A stretch of DNA of 64,000 nt from Oligoflexia bacterium. Its GTDB lineage: Bacteria; Bdellovibrionota_C; UBA2361; SZUA-149; DAOLCO01. How positions within the stretch are numbered: position 1 is the stretch's first letter; every line of letters starts with the position of its first letter. The DNA is taken from contig DAOLCO010000006.1 of the NCBI GenBank assembly GCA_035327825.1, positions 59,308 to 123,307 on the forward strand. Direction: 5' to 3'. The notes under the pieces were generated by a model. That model searched no databases and had not been told where the DNA came from. It worked only from the letters and a program-made list of their open reading frames with translations. Both the position numbers and the translations under genes were made by a program. Of the stretch, positions 29,310-38,745 are shown piece by piece.

Positions 29310-29627
29310 GTGAAAACAATTCGTATAATTATTTTTTGTTTACTCTTGCTGCTATTCTTGCCACTTTTCCTGGTGGCCTTTTCATCTTATGTCTCAACAA
29401 TCGCAGGTTGCACATTACATGAAGGGTTTGTGAATCCATGCATTATATTCGGGAGTGACTGGGGGGCTACACTTTATGCATTGGGAATGATTGGGTGGAT
29501 ATTAATAGTAACGATACCAATTGCAACATTAATTGTTATTGGATGGGTGATTTTTGAGTTAACCAGATTTGTTATTATTTTCTCTCGAAAGAATACCAAT
29601 AGAGACCAGAAAACATTGGATAATTAA
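29310..29627 (+). CDS. small integral membrane protein, hypothetical
   Basis: 105 aa. Three predicted TM helices. 13 bp after the MBL gene. Confidence 0.35.
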   Translation: MKTIRIIIFCLLLLLFLPLFLVAFSSYVSTIAGCTLHEGFVNPCIIFGSDWGATLYALGMIGWILIVTIPIATLIVIGWVIFELTRFVIIFSRKNTNRDQKTLDN

Positions 29628-29631
29628 AAAA

Positions 29632-30483
29632 TCACAACTCTAAAACCCTTGCTAAAAGCTCCTTATGTAATTCAGGACTTGATGCTGCAACTATTCCACC
29701 TTTATAAGATGGATTAATACGTGGATTAATTGGCGGTATATCATCGCCATTAAAGTTTGTACACTTGCCCCCACCCCACTCCAAAAATTTACCAGCAATC
29801 ATAAGATCTATTACACCAGCATCATTAGATACAAGTGCTGCGACTTCACTAAAACTTGTTGGATAAAGACCTATAACTTCAGGTTTACTGATTTCGGAAA
29901 GATCAATAAATTGATACCCACTAAAAGCTTCTATTAATTCACCATTTGCCTTGTAGGTTACAATTTTATCCCCAAAACAAGAAACTTTTCTAAAATTACC
30001 TGTTGAGCCGGAAATAGCATCCTCTCTTGTTCCCTGCTTTATACCTCCCCACGTTGATCCATAATAAAAAACTCCGAGACGAGGCAGATACCAGATACTG
30101 GCCTTACATATACCTTGAACTGCAAAAGAAATTATAATACTGAACTGATCATGACCTTTTTGATACCGGAGGGTTCCATCTATAGGATCTAGCCATATTT
30201 CTATTGAGTCAGTGGATAAGAAATATTTATCATTAAGTGAACTGGTGTATTCCTCTCCATAGAAACAGACTTCTGGAAATCGGGCGAGTAGAAGTACCTC
30301 AATAAAATTCTGTATTGAGAGATCGGCATCGGTCAAGGCTTGCTGTGCAGGATCAGAAAAAGCAGATTTTGCCGGTTGATCAACAATACGCTTTTGAATT
30401 TCTGAAGCATAGTCACCAGCCTGAACCAGATGAGGTAAGATGTATGATACTATGTCTTCTATTAAATAATCACTGCTCATCAA
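29632..30483 (-). CDS. inositol monophosphatase family protein (CysQ/SuhB-like)
   Basis: 283 aa. IWLDPIDGTLRY matches the IMPase WxDPIDGT motif. Confidence 0.75.
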   Translation of the reverse strand: MMSSDYLIEDIVSYILPHLVQAGDYASEIQKRIVDQPAKSAFSDPAQQALTDADLSIQNFIEVLLLARFPEVCFYGEEYTSSLNDKYFLSTDSIEIWLDPIDGTLRYQKGHDQFSIIISFAVQGICKASIWYLPRLGVFYYGSTWGGIKQGTREDAISGSTGNFRKVSCFGDKIVTYKANGELIEAFSGYQFIDLSEISKPEVIGLYPTSFSEVAALVSNDAGVIDLMIAGKFLEWGGGKCTNFNGDDIPPINPRINPSYKGGIVAASSPELHKELLARVLEL

Positions 30484-30623
30484 GTTCTTTAATCCAGCTT
30501 TTTAGTTATATTAGGTTACAAATAAATGTATACAAAATTCCATAAAAATTGGAGAATTAAAAGAGCTTATTAAGAATTTCTGAGAAATATTTTCAGACTT
30601 AATTATTAAGAGAATAATTAAAC

Positions 30624-31880
30624 CTAAGCCAATTGAATTGTCGAAGAAATCAATTCACTTAAAGTCTGTATTACCTGAGAGCCAGCTCTGTATCCTTGCT
30701 GAAATTGAATAAGACCAATAAATTCACGGGCGGGATCTACTGTTGATGTTTCCAGAGCACCGCCCTGAATGGTTCCAAGCCCTTCTGTATTTGGTCGAAC
30801 CAGCTTGGCCTGACCTGATGCATCAGTTGCCCTGAAATATGTATTACCAAATCGCTCAAGTCCATCTGGTGATTGAAAATCAGCCAAAGCAAGCTGTGCA
30901 GTTGGAACCTCAGCTCCTGAATCCATAATTGCTATAACATTTCCCTGCTGATCGATACTCACACCAGTAAGATTACCTGCTCTGATTCCGTCAGCAGTAA
31001 TACCAGACATACTTGAAGGGCTTGCAAAACCTGTAAAACCGGCAAGATTTATTCCAATATTTCCAGGTGCGGCTCCATCGCCCCATGCAGGGGTAGCTTG
31101 TAATATATTCTCAACACCCTCAGCCTGTCTGCCAGTACCATCGACAACTATCTGTCCATTTCCAACTATTACCGGCACTCCAGCCTCTCCTCCGACAGAA
31201 GCACCATCAACAGCTGCCTGAACATTCCAGGTTAGGTTAGCTGTACGATAAAAGAAAAGACTTATCGAACGTTCTGCTCCTAGTGAATCGACAACCTGAA
31301 AAGACGTTGTAAATGAAGCGGCTTCTCCCATTTCTCTGAAAGTTGCACCAGCACCTGGCACCGGATTAACAATTGGAGAAACAGCATCAAGATTACCATT
31401 TAAAGCTACTGTTTCGGTTGGTCTTGCAGTACCTACAGCATTTCTCACATTGATTGGCACCGGTACATCAGGACTTTCCGCAGTATATCCTAATACCTGT
31501 TTTCCAGATCCTGTAACAAGAAAGCCCTCAGAGTTGGCCGTAAAATTACCCGCTCTGGTGTAATACTGCCTCTCACCATCCTGAACAACAAACCAACCCT
31601 TTCCCTGTATTGCCGCATCTAACTCCCGACCAGTCTGCTCAACTGTTCCCTGCAAATTATGCATGGCGTATACATCTGTACCTTGAACCCCATTTCCAGT
31701 CTGCAGTGGTCCACCAAATAGATTTCCCTGGCCCTGAGCAAATATATCAGCAAACTCAAGTCTGTTATTCTTGTAACCGGTGGTGTTAACATTAGCGAGA
31801 TTATCAGCCACAACATTTAAAGCAGTACCATGAGCCATCAATGACTCTCTGCCTGCTCTCATGCCAGTTTCCAATCTCAT
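30624..31880 (-). CDS. flgE: flagellar hook protein FlgE
   Basis: 418 aa. N-terminal rod/hook domain (LNVVADNLANVNTTGYK). C-terminal conserved domain (LETSTVDPAREFIGLIQFQQGYRAGSQVIQT). GAGGGG RBS upstream. No adjacent flagellar genes. Confidence 0.8.
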   Translation of the reverse strand: MRLETGMRAGRESLMAHGTALNVVADNLANVNTTGYKNNRLEFADIFAQGQGNLFGGPLQTGNGVQGTDVYAMHNLQGTVEQTGRELDAAIQGKGWFVVQDGERQYYTRAGNFTANSEGFLVTGSGKQVLGYTAESPDVPVPINVRNAVGTARPTETVALNGNLDAVSPIVNPVPGAGATFREMGEAASFTTSFQVVDSLGAERSISLFFYRTANLTWNVQAAVDGASVGGEAGVPVIVGNGQIVVDGTGRQAEGVENILQATPAWGDGAAPGNIGINLAGFTGFASPSSMSGITADGIRAGNLTGVSIDQQGNVIAIMDSGAEVPTAQLALADFQSPDGLERFGNTYFRATDASGQAKLVRPNTEGLGTIQGGALETSTVDPAREFIGLIQFQQGYRAGSQVIQTLSELISSTIQLA

Positions 31881-31962
31881 CTCTAATCCCCTCTAAACTA
31901 AAATTAGGTTCTATGGCGGTAGAATAGACAAGCTCTATATAATCACAAATAAATACCCCACA

Positions 31963-31992
31963 GTGAGGATTGTCTCCGCAGACAATCCTCAC
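31963..31992 (-). terminator. perfect 13-bp stem hairpin (GTGAGGATTGTCT-ccgc-AGACAATCCTCAC) between the UPF0104 gene and flgE
   Basis: Perfect inverted repeat read directly. A T-containing tract follows on the minus strand. Confidence 0.5.
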
Positions 31993-32088
31993 GTTCCACA
32001 CCTCCACAACCACTAAGCCAAGAGCCATCCGCTCCACCACCACACCACAGCAGTTTCAAGTAACAAGATATATGCCAGAGATGAAAAA

Positions 32089-33195
32089 TCAGGTTTTTGC
32101 AAGAGAACTGAGGTTAATCCCTCGAAATGACAGGGACAAACAACCTATAGCAATAGTGCATAAAACCTGTATTGCATGGGCAAGAATAGCATAGGCAAAA
32201 GAAAATTCTTCCGAAAAAGCAAACACTCCGTTCAAGGCAGCAACGCAACCAAGATGAAAAGTACCGAAGAATCCAGGGGCGCTAGGAGCGGCTATAAAAA
32301 GGCCGACAAAAACACAACAAACAGCACCTATTGAAAGCATGCTGTAAAAATCGCTGGAGTACCCTTGAATTGCTCCAGAGGATTCTTGAAGGGCAAAAAC
32401 AAGTACCATAAAACTCGAGGCGTACAGGAACCATATAAAAGCAGTAAAAACTAAAAGAGTGAATAACTGACGAAAACTGGCTATACTGCCAAGCCCATCA
32501 ATAAATTCGAGACCTAGCTTCAAAATACAATCAACTATACTAGACGGTAGCAATATTTTTGTCTTCTCAGAGGTTTTTTTCAAAATATTTTGAATTAAAT
32601 CTGGAGCAAAATAAGCAAAAAAAACGGCAACTATAATTCCTGAGGCTATTATACCTAATGCCTTAGAACCCGCATAGATAGTAGCTGGAATGTCAGGAAT
32701 ACCTGATACAAAAATAAAAAATATAAGAAACATCCCACAAACATCGAAAACTCGCTCAATAACTACACTTGCAAAGACCTTTCCAAAAGCAAATCCAGTC
32801 CATTTACTGAAAAACAATGGTCTTAGAAATTCACCTGCCCTGAGAGGAAGAATCATTGAAGCCAGATTTCCAATATTAAGTGCGTCAAAACGTAGCATGA
32901 AGGAAGTTTGCTGATCGGGTGCAAAGAGATGATTCCATCTAATTGTCCTTAGATACGTCACTGTCAGAAACAATAAAACCCAGATGACAAGCCAAAATAT
33001 AGATACCTCTTTAAGGGTTGAAATCACCCTTTCCCAGTCAAGGGACTTCGCAAGGTACCATAATATTCCAATACTGATTAGAACACTTATCACTAGTGAT
33101 AAGGTTTTTTTCTTATTATTTTGATCACTTAAATCTGATTCTAATGATGGATTTTCATATTCACGGGGATTATTCATAAAGGATATTTTTAGCAC
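32089..33195 (-). CDS. UPF0104 / lysylphosphatidylglycerol-synthase-TM-region-like (flippase-like) membrane protein
   Basis: 368 aa, ~8 TM helices. N-proximal pattern (LAKSLDWERV...WLVIWVLLFLTVTYLRTIRW) typical of the UPF0104 family. Confidence 0.5.
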   Translation of the reverse strand: MLKISFMNNPREYENPSLESDLSDQNNKKKTLSLVISVLISIGILWYLAKSLDWERVISTLKEVSIFWLVIWVLLFLTVTYLRTIRWNHLFAPDQQTSFMLRFDALNIGNLASMILPLRAGEFLRPLFFSKWTGFAFGKVFASVVIERVFDVCGMFLIFFIFVSGIPDIPATIYAGSKALGIIASGIIVAVFFAYFAPDLIQNILKKTSEKTKILLPSSIVDCILKLGLEFIDGLGSIASFRQLFTLLVFTAFIWFLYASSFMVLVFALQESSGAIQGYSSDFYSMLSIGAVCCVFVGLFIAAPSAPGFFGTFHLGCVAALNGVFAFSEEFSFAYAILAHAIQVLCTIAIGCLSLSFRGINLSSLAKT

Positions 33196-33424
33196 TAAAC
33201 TAATAGGTTAGTATTGCCGATTGGTAATTAAGGCTTATCGGGGAAAACAATTTGATTTCGCAAAAAACCTGAAATATGGCATTTTGTCCAGGCTTTATAT
33301 TAATTATTACGTTTTGTACTTCCATAATTGGTGTTACTTTAAGACGAAACTGTTTTATTGATATTTGCCTGAATGGGATTCTCAATAAGTTCTAGATATA
33401 AATACCGAAGTTGTTAGGGGTATT

Positions 33425-34222
33425 ATGGATTCATATTTAAATCAGTTTCTCGTTGTCGTTATTAATTTTTTCGAGTCAATTTTATCTGTTCTTTTTTCAG
33501 CTCAATCATTTGGGGGTTTTTTCAACTCTCAATCTGATATCCCAAATATTTTTGGAATAGTTTTAGTCCTTGGTATAGGGTCATTTATCAGTTACTTGGT
33601 ATTCAGGGTCTTTGTAATAAGCTTTAAGATCGGGCTAGTCATAGCAATAATATATGTTTTTTTGGGAATAGGATCTACAGATACGAATATTAAGGGTAAT
33701 ACTTCCGCTTCATCCCTTGCCTCAGCTCCTACATCAACATTTTTCTCACCTACCGGATCAAACTCTGGAAGTAATAGATTGTCGACAACTCCTGGATCAG
33801 GAATATCCGCCTTAATTAATACTAATCATACTTCCAGCAGTCATTTTTCAGCTTCTGGCATTTCTTCGTTAATTTATGATTACATAAATTTAGACTTAAT
33901 TGATGTTGATTCAATTCAAACTTTTTTGATAAGCATGTTTAATGGTAGTTCAAACTCTAATGGTATCCAATTATCTAATAGCTCTACCAGCAATAATATG
34001 ACTATAAAAAATATATCTTCTTCGCAATTTCCACCAGCAAAAACTCACTCATTATATCAAAAAGAGAATGAAGCAAGCTATTTTTCACCAGCTTTAAGCA
34101 ATCTGGTTGAAGACCTACCGTCCTATTTTTCTGACCGTATTGAGGATTTTTCAGACTTATATAGTGATTACAATCTATCATTAGTTAGGAAAAAAAACAC
34201 AAATCGTGTGGACTCCTTCTGA
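33425..34222 (+). CDS. hypothetical membrane protein with Ser/Asn-rich low-complexity region
   Basis: 265 aa. Two or three N-terminal TM helices, then a Ser/Thr/Asn-rich tract and an acidic C-terminus. Confidence 0.35.
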   Translation: MDSYLNQFLVVVINFFESILSVLFSAQSFGGFFNSQSDIPNIFGIVLVLGIGSFISYLVFRVFVISFKIGLVIAIIYVFLGIGSTDTNIKGNTSASSLASAPTSTFFSPTGSNSGSNRLSTTPGSGISALINTNHTSSSHFSASGISSLIYDYINLDLIDVDSIQTFLISMFNGSSNSNGIQLSNSSTSNNMTIKNISSSQFPPAKTHSLYQKENEASYFSPALSNLVEDLPSYFSDRIEDFSDLYSDYNLSLVRKKNTNRVDSF

Positions 34223-34757
34223 GTTTTTCTCTAAGCTGGTAAACATGTTTGAATATCTTTCACTGTTTCAAGAATTCATTGATGGTACATCCCAGATTTT
34301 CACTGGCAAAGCACCGTGGTGGGTTTATTTATTAATAGCTCTAATCCCTGTCTGTATTTTGGTTACAGTCAGAGAAGTGTCGTGCTGGTTTTTTAAGGTA
34401 AATAAGTTTCTTAGAAAGGTTGATCGTATAGACAAGAGGTTGGCTGTGCTGACTGGCACAATGGAAGAACTGCTTCGTGTAATCAAGACTGATATACAGA
34501 GAAACAAGATCCAATCGGGAAGTAAAGTCCTGTCAGACAGAGAAACAGATAATGATGATCTACCGGAAATTAAGTCAGATTATGAATTTACAGGTAAATT
34601 AAGTAATCGAAGTAAAGAAATTTCAGGATCATCTTATCATCAGTCGCTGGATTACGAAGATAAGATTCCAGGTAGAAATAACTACTTTACCCAAGATGAT
34701 CCACCCTCGGAACCATTTACCCTTGGGCTGAAAAAGCCATTGGATCCAAAAAATTAA
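34206..34757 (+). CDS. hypothetical membrane protein
   Basis: 183 aa. One TM helix (WWVYLLIALIPVCILVTV), charged C-terminal region. Overlaps the previous ORF by 17 nt in a different frame. Confidence 0.35.
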   Translation: MWTPSEFFSKLVNMFEYLSLFQEFIDGTSQIFTGKAPWWVYLLIALIPVCILVTVREVSCWFFKVNKFLRKVDRIDKRLAVLTGTMEELLRVIKTDIQRNKIQSGSKVLSDRETDNDDLPEIKSDYEFTGKLSNRSKEISGSSYHQSLDYEDKIPGRNNYFTQDDPPSEPFTLGLKKPLDPKN

Positions 34758-34819
34758 GGTATCCTCCTGATATGCCTGTTGCCAAACAGGCCCTGAAAAA
34801 TTAAAAAAAATAACGGATG

Positions 34820-34892
34820 TGGAGCTGGACGGGATCGAACCGACGACCTCTGCCTTGCAAGGGCAGCGCTCTCCCAGCTGAGCTACAGCCCC
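34820..34892 (-). tRNA. tRNA-Ala (anticodon TGC), CCA not encoded
   Basis: The reverse complement reads GGGGCTGTAGCTCAGCTGGGAGAGCGCTGCCCTTGCAAGGCAGAGGTCGTCGGTTCGATCCCGTCCAGCTCCA. It has the G3:U70 identity pair and a cloverleaf with one U-U mismatch in the T stem. Confidence 0.9.
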
Positions 34893-34953
34893 ACGAGAAC
34901 TTGAAAATTCAACTCTTACTAATTACAAAACGAAAAAAAATACAAATAAAAAA

Positions 34954-35030
34954 TGGTGGGCCAGGGAAGACTTGAACTTCCGACCTCACGCTTATCAGGC
35001 GTGTGCTCTAACCAGCTGAGCTACTGGCCC
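34954..35030 (-). tRNA. tRNA-Ile (anticodon GAT), CCA encoded
   Basis: The reverse complement reads GGGCCAGTAGCTCAGCTGGTTAGAGCACACGCCTGATAAGCGTGAGGTCGGAAGTTCAAGTCTTCCCTGGCCCACCA. Canonical cloverleaf. Confidence 0.9.
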
Positions 35031-35475
35031 TTTATTAAATCTTAAAAAACCGAACTTTCCGATCTATCACAATAAGCTCAGATGCTACCACTAGCTAATT
35101 GAGAAATTCTTATTCAAAACATATAAAAGCATCTGGTGAGAAATTCCTCAAATCTGACCAGAAGTTGAAACCTCATTTTAACTTAAGAAAGCTGCTTGGG
35201 CATTACCCCAAAAAAACTACCCTTACAGATATTAAAAAACTAACAATTATCCATTGATCAATAAAAATTTGAGTATTATCAGGACATTATAGAGATTCAG
35301 CACTAACTAATTACTCACTTAGTTGGTATTTCATATCCCTGAAAATATGTTTCATTTTTCGCGCAGAAACTAGAACTTTCTATAAAGGGTGTCAATGGGG
35401 ATGAATTTTTACTATATCCGATTATGTGTAATTTAAGGTATAATTAAAGTAGAAAAGACTAGTTAACTACCTTAA

Positions 35476-35997
35476 TTGAATAGGTGGATATTGGCGACAA
35501 CTCTTCTGTTGAATTCAAGCTATGAACCACTAAAAGTCATCTCCTGGGAGAGGGCTGTTACCCTTCTTTTTCTTGGCAAGGTAGAGGTCATTGAAAACTA
35601 TGAAAAGAATATTAGATCTGTATCTATTGTTATGCGGGTCCCATCAGTTGTCAGGCTGCTAAGGTACGTCAAACTTGGTACAAGAACACCACCGTTAAAT
35701 AAAGTTAATCTACTTACACGGGATGATTTTTCTTGTCAGTATTGCAGACGCAAACTTAAGCGTAGTGATGCAACTATAGATCATGTCGTTCCTCGATCAC
35801 AGGGAGGTCCAACAACATGGGAGAATGTTGTTGTTGCATGTCCCCCATGTAATAGAAAAAAAGGCGGCAGAACACCACTGCAGGCAAAAATGGAACTCAA
35901 AAACAAACCTTTGGCACCTGAATGGCTTCCAGTGGTAAATTTAAATATTCATCCTGATCTTCCACGAACATGGAGATTCTTCTTCTGGGAAAAGTAA
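35476..35997 (+). CDS. HNH endonuclease family protein
   Basis: 173 aa. HNH motif CQYCRRK...IDHVVPRSQGGPTTWENVVVACPPCNRKKG. Confidence 0.75.
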   Translation: MNRWILATTLLLNSSYEPLKVISWERAVTLLFLGKVEVIENYEKNIRSVSIVMRVPSVVRLLRYVKLGTRTPPLNKVNLLTRDDFSCQYCRRKLKRSDATIDHVVPRSQGGPTTWENVVVACPPCNRKKGGRTPLQAKMELKNKPLAPEWLPVVNLNIHPDLPRTWRFFFWEK

Positions 35998-36128
35998 GAT
36001 TGATTACGATACTCTAAATTTTATATTTCTTCTTATTTCGATAATTTCTTCATCAAATTTCTTAATTTAATAAATATGTGATATAACATATAATTTTAGC
36101 CGGAATATTTTTTAATTTTCAGAGTCAA

Positions 36129-37508
36129 ATGTCAGTAATTGAAAATAAACTGAGAATTCTCAATGATGATCCGAGAAGTATTACCCTACTCTCAGCTCTT
36201 GGTGAAGATAGCGACCTTCATATTGTTGGAGGAGCCGTTAGAGATTTATTAATCGGGAGAAATATTACAGATATAGATTATGCGTCCTCTAAAGATCCAG
36301 ATTCTATTATTTCTTTGCTTGAGAGAGAAGGTATAAAAGTTATACCAACAGGGCTTTCCCATCAAACTGTGACGGCAAAACCTCATAGTAATCTGCCCCA
36401 TGTTGAGATCACAAGTTTTAGATCTCATGGAATGAATCCTGAAGGCGGCCTCTGTCTAGGTAAATCAATTGAAGAAGATTTGATGTTCAGAGACTTCACC
36501 ATAAATTCTCTGGCATTAAAAATCACTAGTTCAGAATCATATTCCCCAGTCTTGATTGATCCCTACGGTGGCAAAAATGACATTCAAAATAAGATTATTC
36601 GTGGAACAGTTGATCCAGGAGCAAGATTTGAGGAGGACCCACTTCGAATCCTTAGAATGATTCGTTTTTCAACACAACTTGGATTTGAAATTGAGCCCGA
36701 CACACTTAGAAAGGGAATTTCTCTTGCTGATACCTTATACAATTCAAGTATTGAAAGAATAAGAGAAGAATTCTTAAAAATACTTGTTTCCCCCTTCTTA
36801 AGACCTGGGTTTCGTATATTGGAAAAAATTAATTTTTTTGAAAATCTTATGCCTGAGATTAATAGGTGCCAAGGATTTGAACAAAATAAATTCCATAGAC
36901 ATGATGTTTACGAACATACCATTGATGTGCTTGAAATGGTTCCATCTACTCCATTACTTCGGATGGCGACTCTTCTTCATGACGTTGGGAAACCTCCATC
37001 GCTTAGTATTGATAACAATGGAGAAAGGCACTTTTATCTTCACGAAAAGATTGGTGCCGATATGGTAAATGAAATTTTATCACGTTTTAAATTCAGTAAT
37101 GAGTTTATCAATGCTGTGGAACTCCTTGTAAGAACTCACATGCGGCCAATTGATGCTGGAGATGGAGGATTAAGACGAATACTAAGAGACACATCTCCCT
37201 ACTACAATGAGTGGAGGGAGCTAAAATACTTTGATACATTATCAGTCACAGAAGATAAAACCAGACTGGATAAGGAATTTCGCATCTTTGATGAAAGAAT
37301 TGAAGGTATTTTATCTTCTGCAGAGGAAAAACCATTTGCAAAACTAAACATTACAGGTTCTGATCTTATCGAACTGGGTTTTAAGCCAGGGCCGCTGTTT
37401 AAGGATATTCTAAACTTCCTGAGTGATGCGGTAATTGAAAATCCGGACATTAATGAAAAGAATAGACTCATAGAGCTTTTAAAAAGCAAATTTTACCGAG
37501 AAAATTAA
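36129..37508 (+). CDS. cca: CCA-adding tRNA nucleotidyltransferase / poly(A) polymerase family with HD domain
   Basis: 459 aa. Pol-beta-like head (HIVGGAVRDLLIGRNITDIDYA). HD domain (FHRHDVYEHT...LLHDVGKP). Confidence 0.75.
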   Translation: MSVIENKLRILNDDPRSITLLSALGEDSDLHIVGGAVRDLLIGRNITDIDYASSKDPDSIISLLEREGIKVIPTGLSHQTVTAKPHSNLPHVEITSFRSHGMNPEGGLCLGKSIEEDLMFRDFTINSLALKITSSESYSPVLIDPYGGKNDIQNKIIRGTVDPGARFEEDPLRILRMIRFSTQLGFEIEPDTLRKGISLADTLYNSSIERIREEFLKILVSPFLRPGFRILEKINFFENLMPEINRCQGFEQNKFHRHDVYEHTIDVLEMVPSTPLLRMATLLHDVGKPPSLSIDNNGERHFYLHEKIGADMVNEILSRFKFSNEFINAVELLVRTHMRPIDAGDGGLRRILRDTSPYYNEWRELKYFDTLSVTEDKTRLDKEFRIFDERIEGILSSAEEKPFAKLNITGSDLIELGFKPGPLFKDILNFLSDAVIENPDINEKNRLIELLKSKFYREN

Positions 37509-37626
37509 TCGCCTACCCTATTCACATTTTTACACTATTATTGTCGGCAATTAGTCCTCTTGGCAAAATATCTATCCGATATTATATACTTCGGGTATCA
37601 CTTCTAAACTCTCGGACAAAGCAATA

Positions 37627-38589
37627 ATGATAAAATCTTCTTTTAAGACTTCAGCTTCAGGAATTAGAATATCAGTTTTAATTTTCTGTGTATTGTTCTG
37701 CTTGTTATTTCTTGGATCATGTGGCGGGTCATCAAAAGATCCTACTGTTTTTGAAATAAAAATTGAAAATATTGCACGAACGCCAAGTTTTACTGCCCAG
37801 AATGGTGCGGGAATAATTACGGTATTTTCATCATTCATCGGGATGGTTCATCTTCAGCCTCAGGTTTTATATGCTAGAAATATACCTGATTATAAGCAGG
37901 GCCTCCAGCAACTTGCTGAAAATGGTGATATTAGCACTTTTCTAAGTTCTTTTCGTTTTGCAAGTGGCGTCGAGGTTATAGGTGTTGCTACTGAACCTTC
38001 TTCAGGAAATACCGGAATTCTTGCTCCTGGCCAGAGCTTTACTCTTTTGTTATCAGCTAACAGCACTGATGCAAGACTTAGCCTGGCAAGTTCATTTTTA
38101 CAGGGAAACGATATTGTAATAGCAACTCCTGACTTGGGAGTTCCTCTTTTTTCAAGTGATGGAGTCCCCTTGACAGGTGATATAAGTGATCAAATGGATC
38201 TGTATGATATTGGCACAGAGAAGAACGAAGCTCCAGGGATTGGCCCTAATCAGGTTCTAAGGCAAAACCCTAAACCTCCAGAAGGTCAGGTATCTGCTGG
38301 AACTCCTGAGAATCAACCGGTAAAGTTAATTTCTGAAGTCAATGACGGTTTCAGTTACCCAAGGGCAAGAGATAGTATAAGGATTACAATCAAGGTTAGA
38401 GAACTTGGTACAAGTGCTAACACACCATCTTCGGCTCCTAGCCCTTCTGCTACTGATTCTACTTCCTCTCCTAGTCCTTCCCCTAATCAGGGTGAGGAGA
38501 CTTCAACCAGTCCAAGCCCGGAAGATAGTCCCAACCCTGACACAAGTCCAAGCCCTGAGCCCAGCACAAGTACTAGCTTAACTTCCTAG
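37627..38589 (+). CDS. lipoprotein with spondin-N-like domain and Ser/Pro/Thr-rich C-terminal tail
   Basis: 320 aa. Signal peptide with lipobox LGSCGG. Central domain resembles Spondin_N (FEIKIENIARTPSF...PGQSFTLLLSANSTDARLSLASSFLQGNDIVIA...YDIGTEKNEAPG). Last ~70 aa is an S/P/T low-complexity linker. Confidence 0.45.
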   Translation: MIKSSFKTSASGIRISVLIFCVLFCLLFLGSCGGSSKDPTVFEIKIENIARTPSFTAQNGAGIITVFSSFIGMVHLQPQVLYARNIPDYKQGLQQLAENGDISTFLSSFRFASGVEVIGVATEPSSGNTGILAPGQSFTLLLSANSTDARLSLASSFLQGNDIVIATPDLGVPLFSSDGVPLTGDISDQMDLYDIGTEKNEAPGIGPNQVLRQNPKPPEGQVSAGTPENQPVKLISEVNDGFSYPRARDSIRITIKVRELGTSANTPSSAPSPSATDSTSSPSPSPNQGEETSTSPSPEDSPNPDTSPSPEPSTSTSLTS

Positions 38590-38745
38590 CTAAATATTTA
38601 ATTTTCAGTTTTTTGTTTGCAGTTATATCTTCAGGCTCATTATTTTTGAGATTTAGTAACGGTGCATTAATCTTACAGCATTTACCAATAATTTATACCT
38701 TAGACAGATCCTTATAAATAATATTTAAACAATTTTATCCTAGAC

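Noticed and set aside
34758-34819. Hairpin GCCTGTTGCCAAACAGGC downstream of the membrane-protein gene and tRNA-Ala as an intrinsic terminator
   Set aside because: An A-run follows on the plus strand and a U-run precedes on the minus strand, so neither orientation gives a canonical hairpin-then-U-tract. Left uncalled.
16784-34892. Hypothesis that the integrase-like gene marks a tRNA-integrated genomic island extending to tRNA-Ala
   Set aside because: The integrase-like gene is ~16.5 kb from the tRNA at the wrong, distal end. No direct repeat of the tRNA 3' end was seen. The intervening genes are ordinary chromosomal functions (PBP, flgE, IMPase, Usp) and the integrase looks catalytically dead.
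35031-35475. Degraded 16S rRNA 3' end or anti-SD sequence upstream of tRNA-Ile as evidence of an rrn operon remnant
   Set aside because: No CCTCCTT-containing 16S terminus or other recognisable rRNA segment in this stretch. The region is plain AT-rich intergenic DNA with a weak GAGAAATTC duplication.
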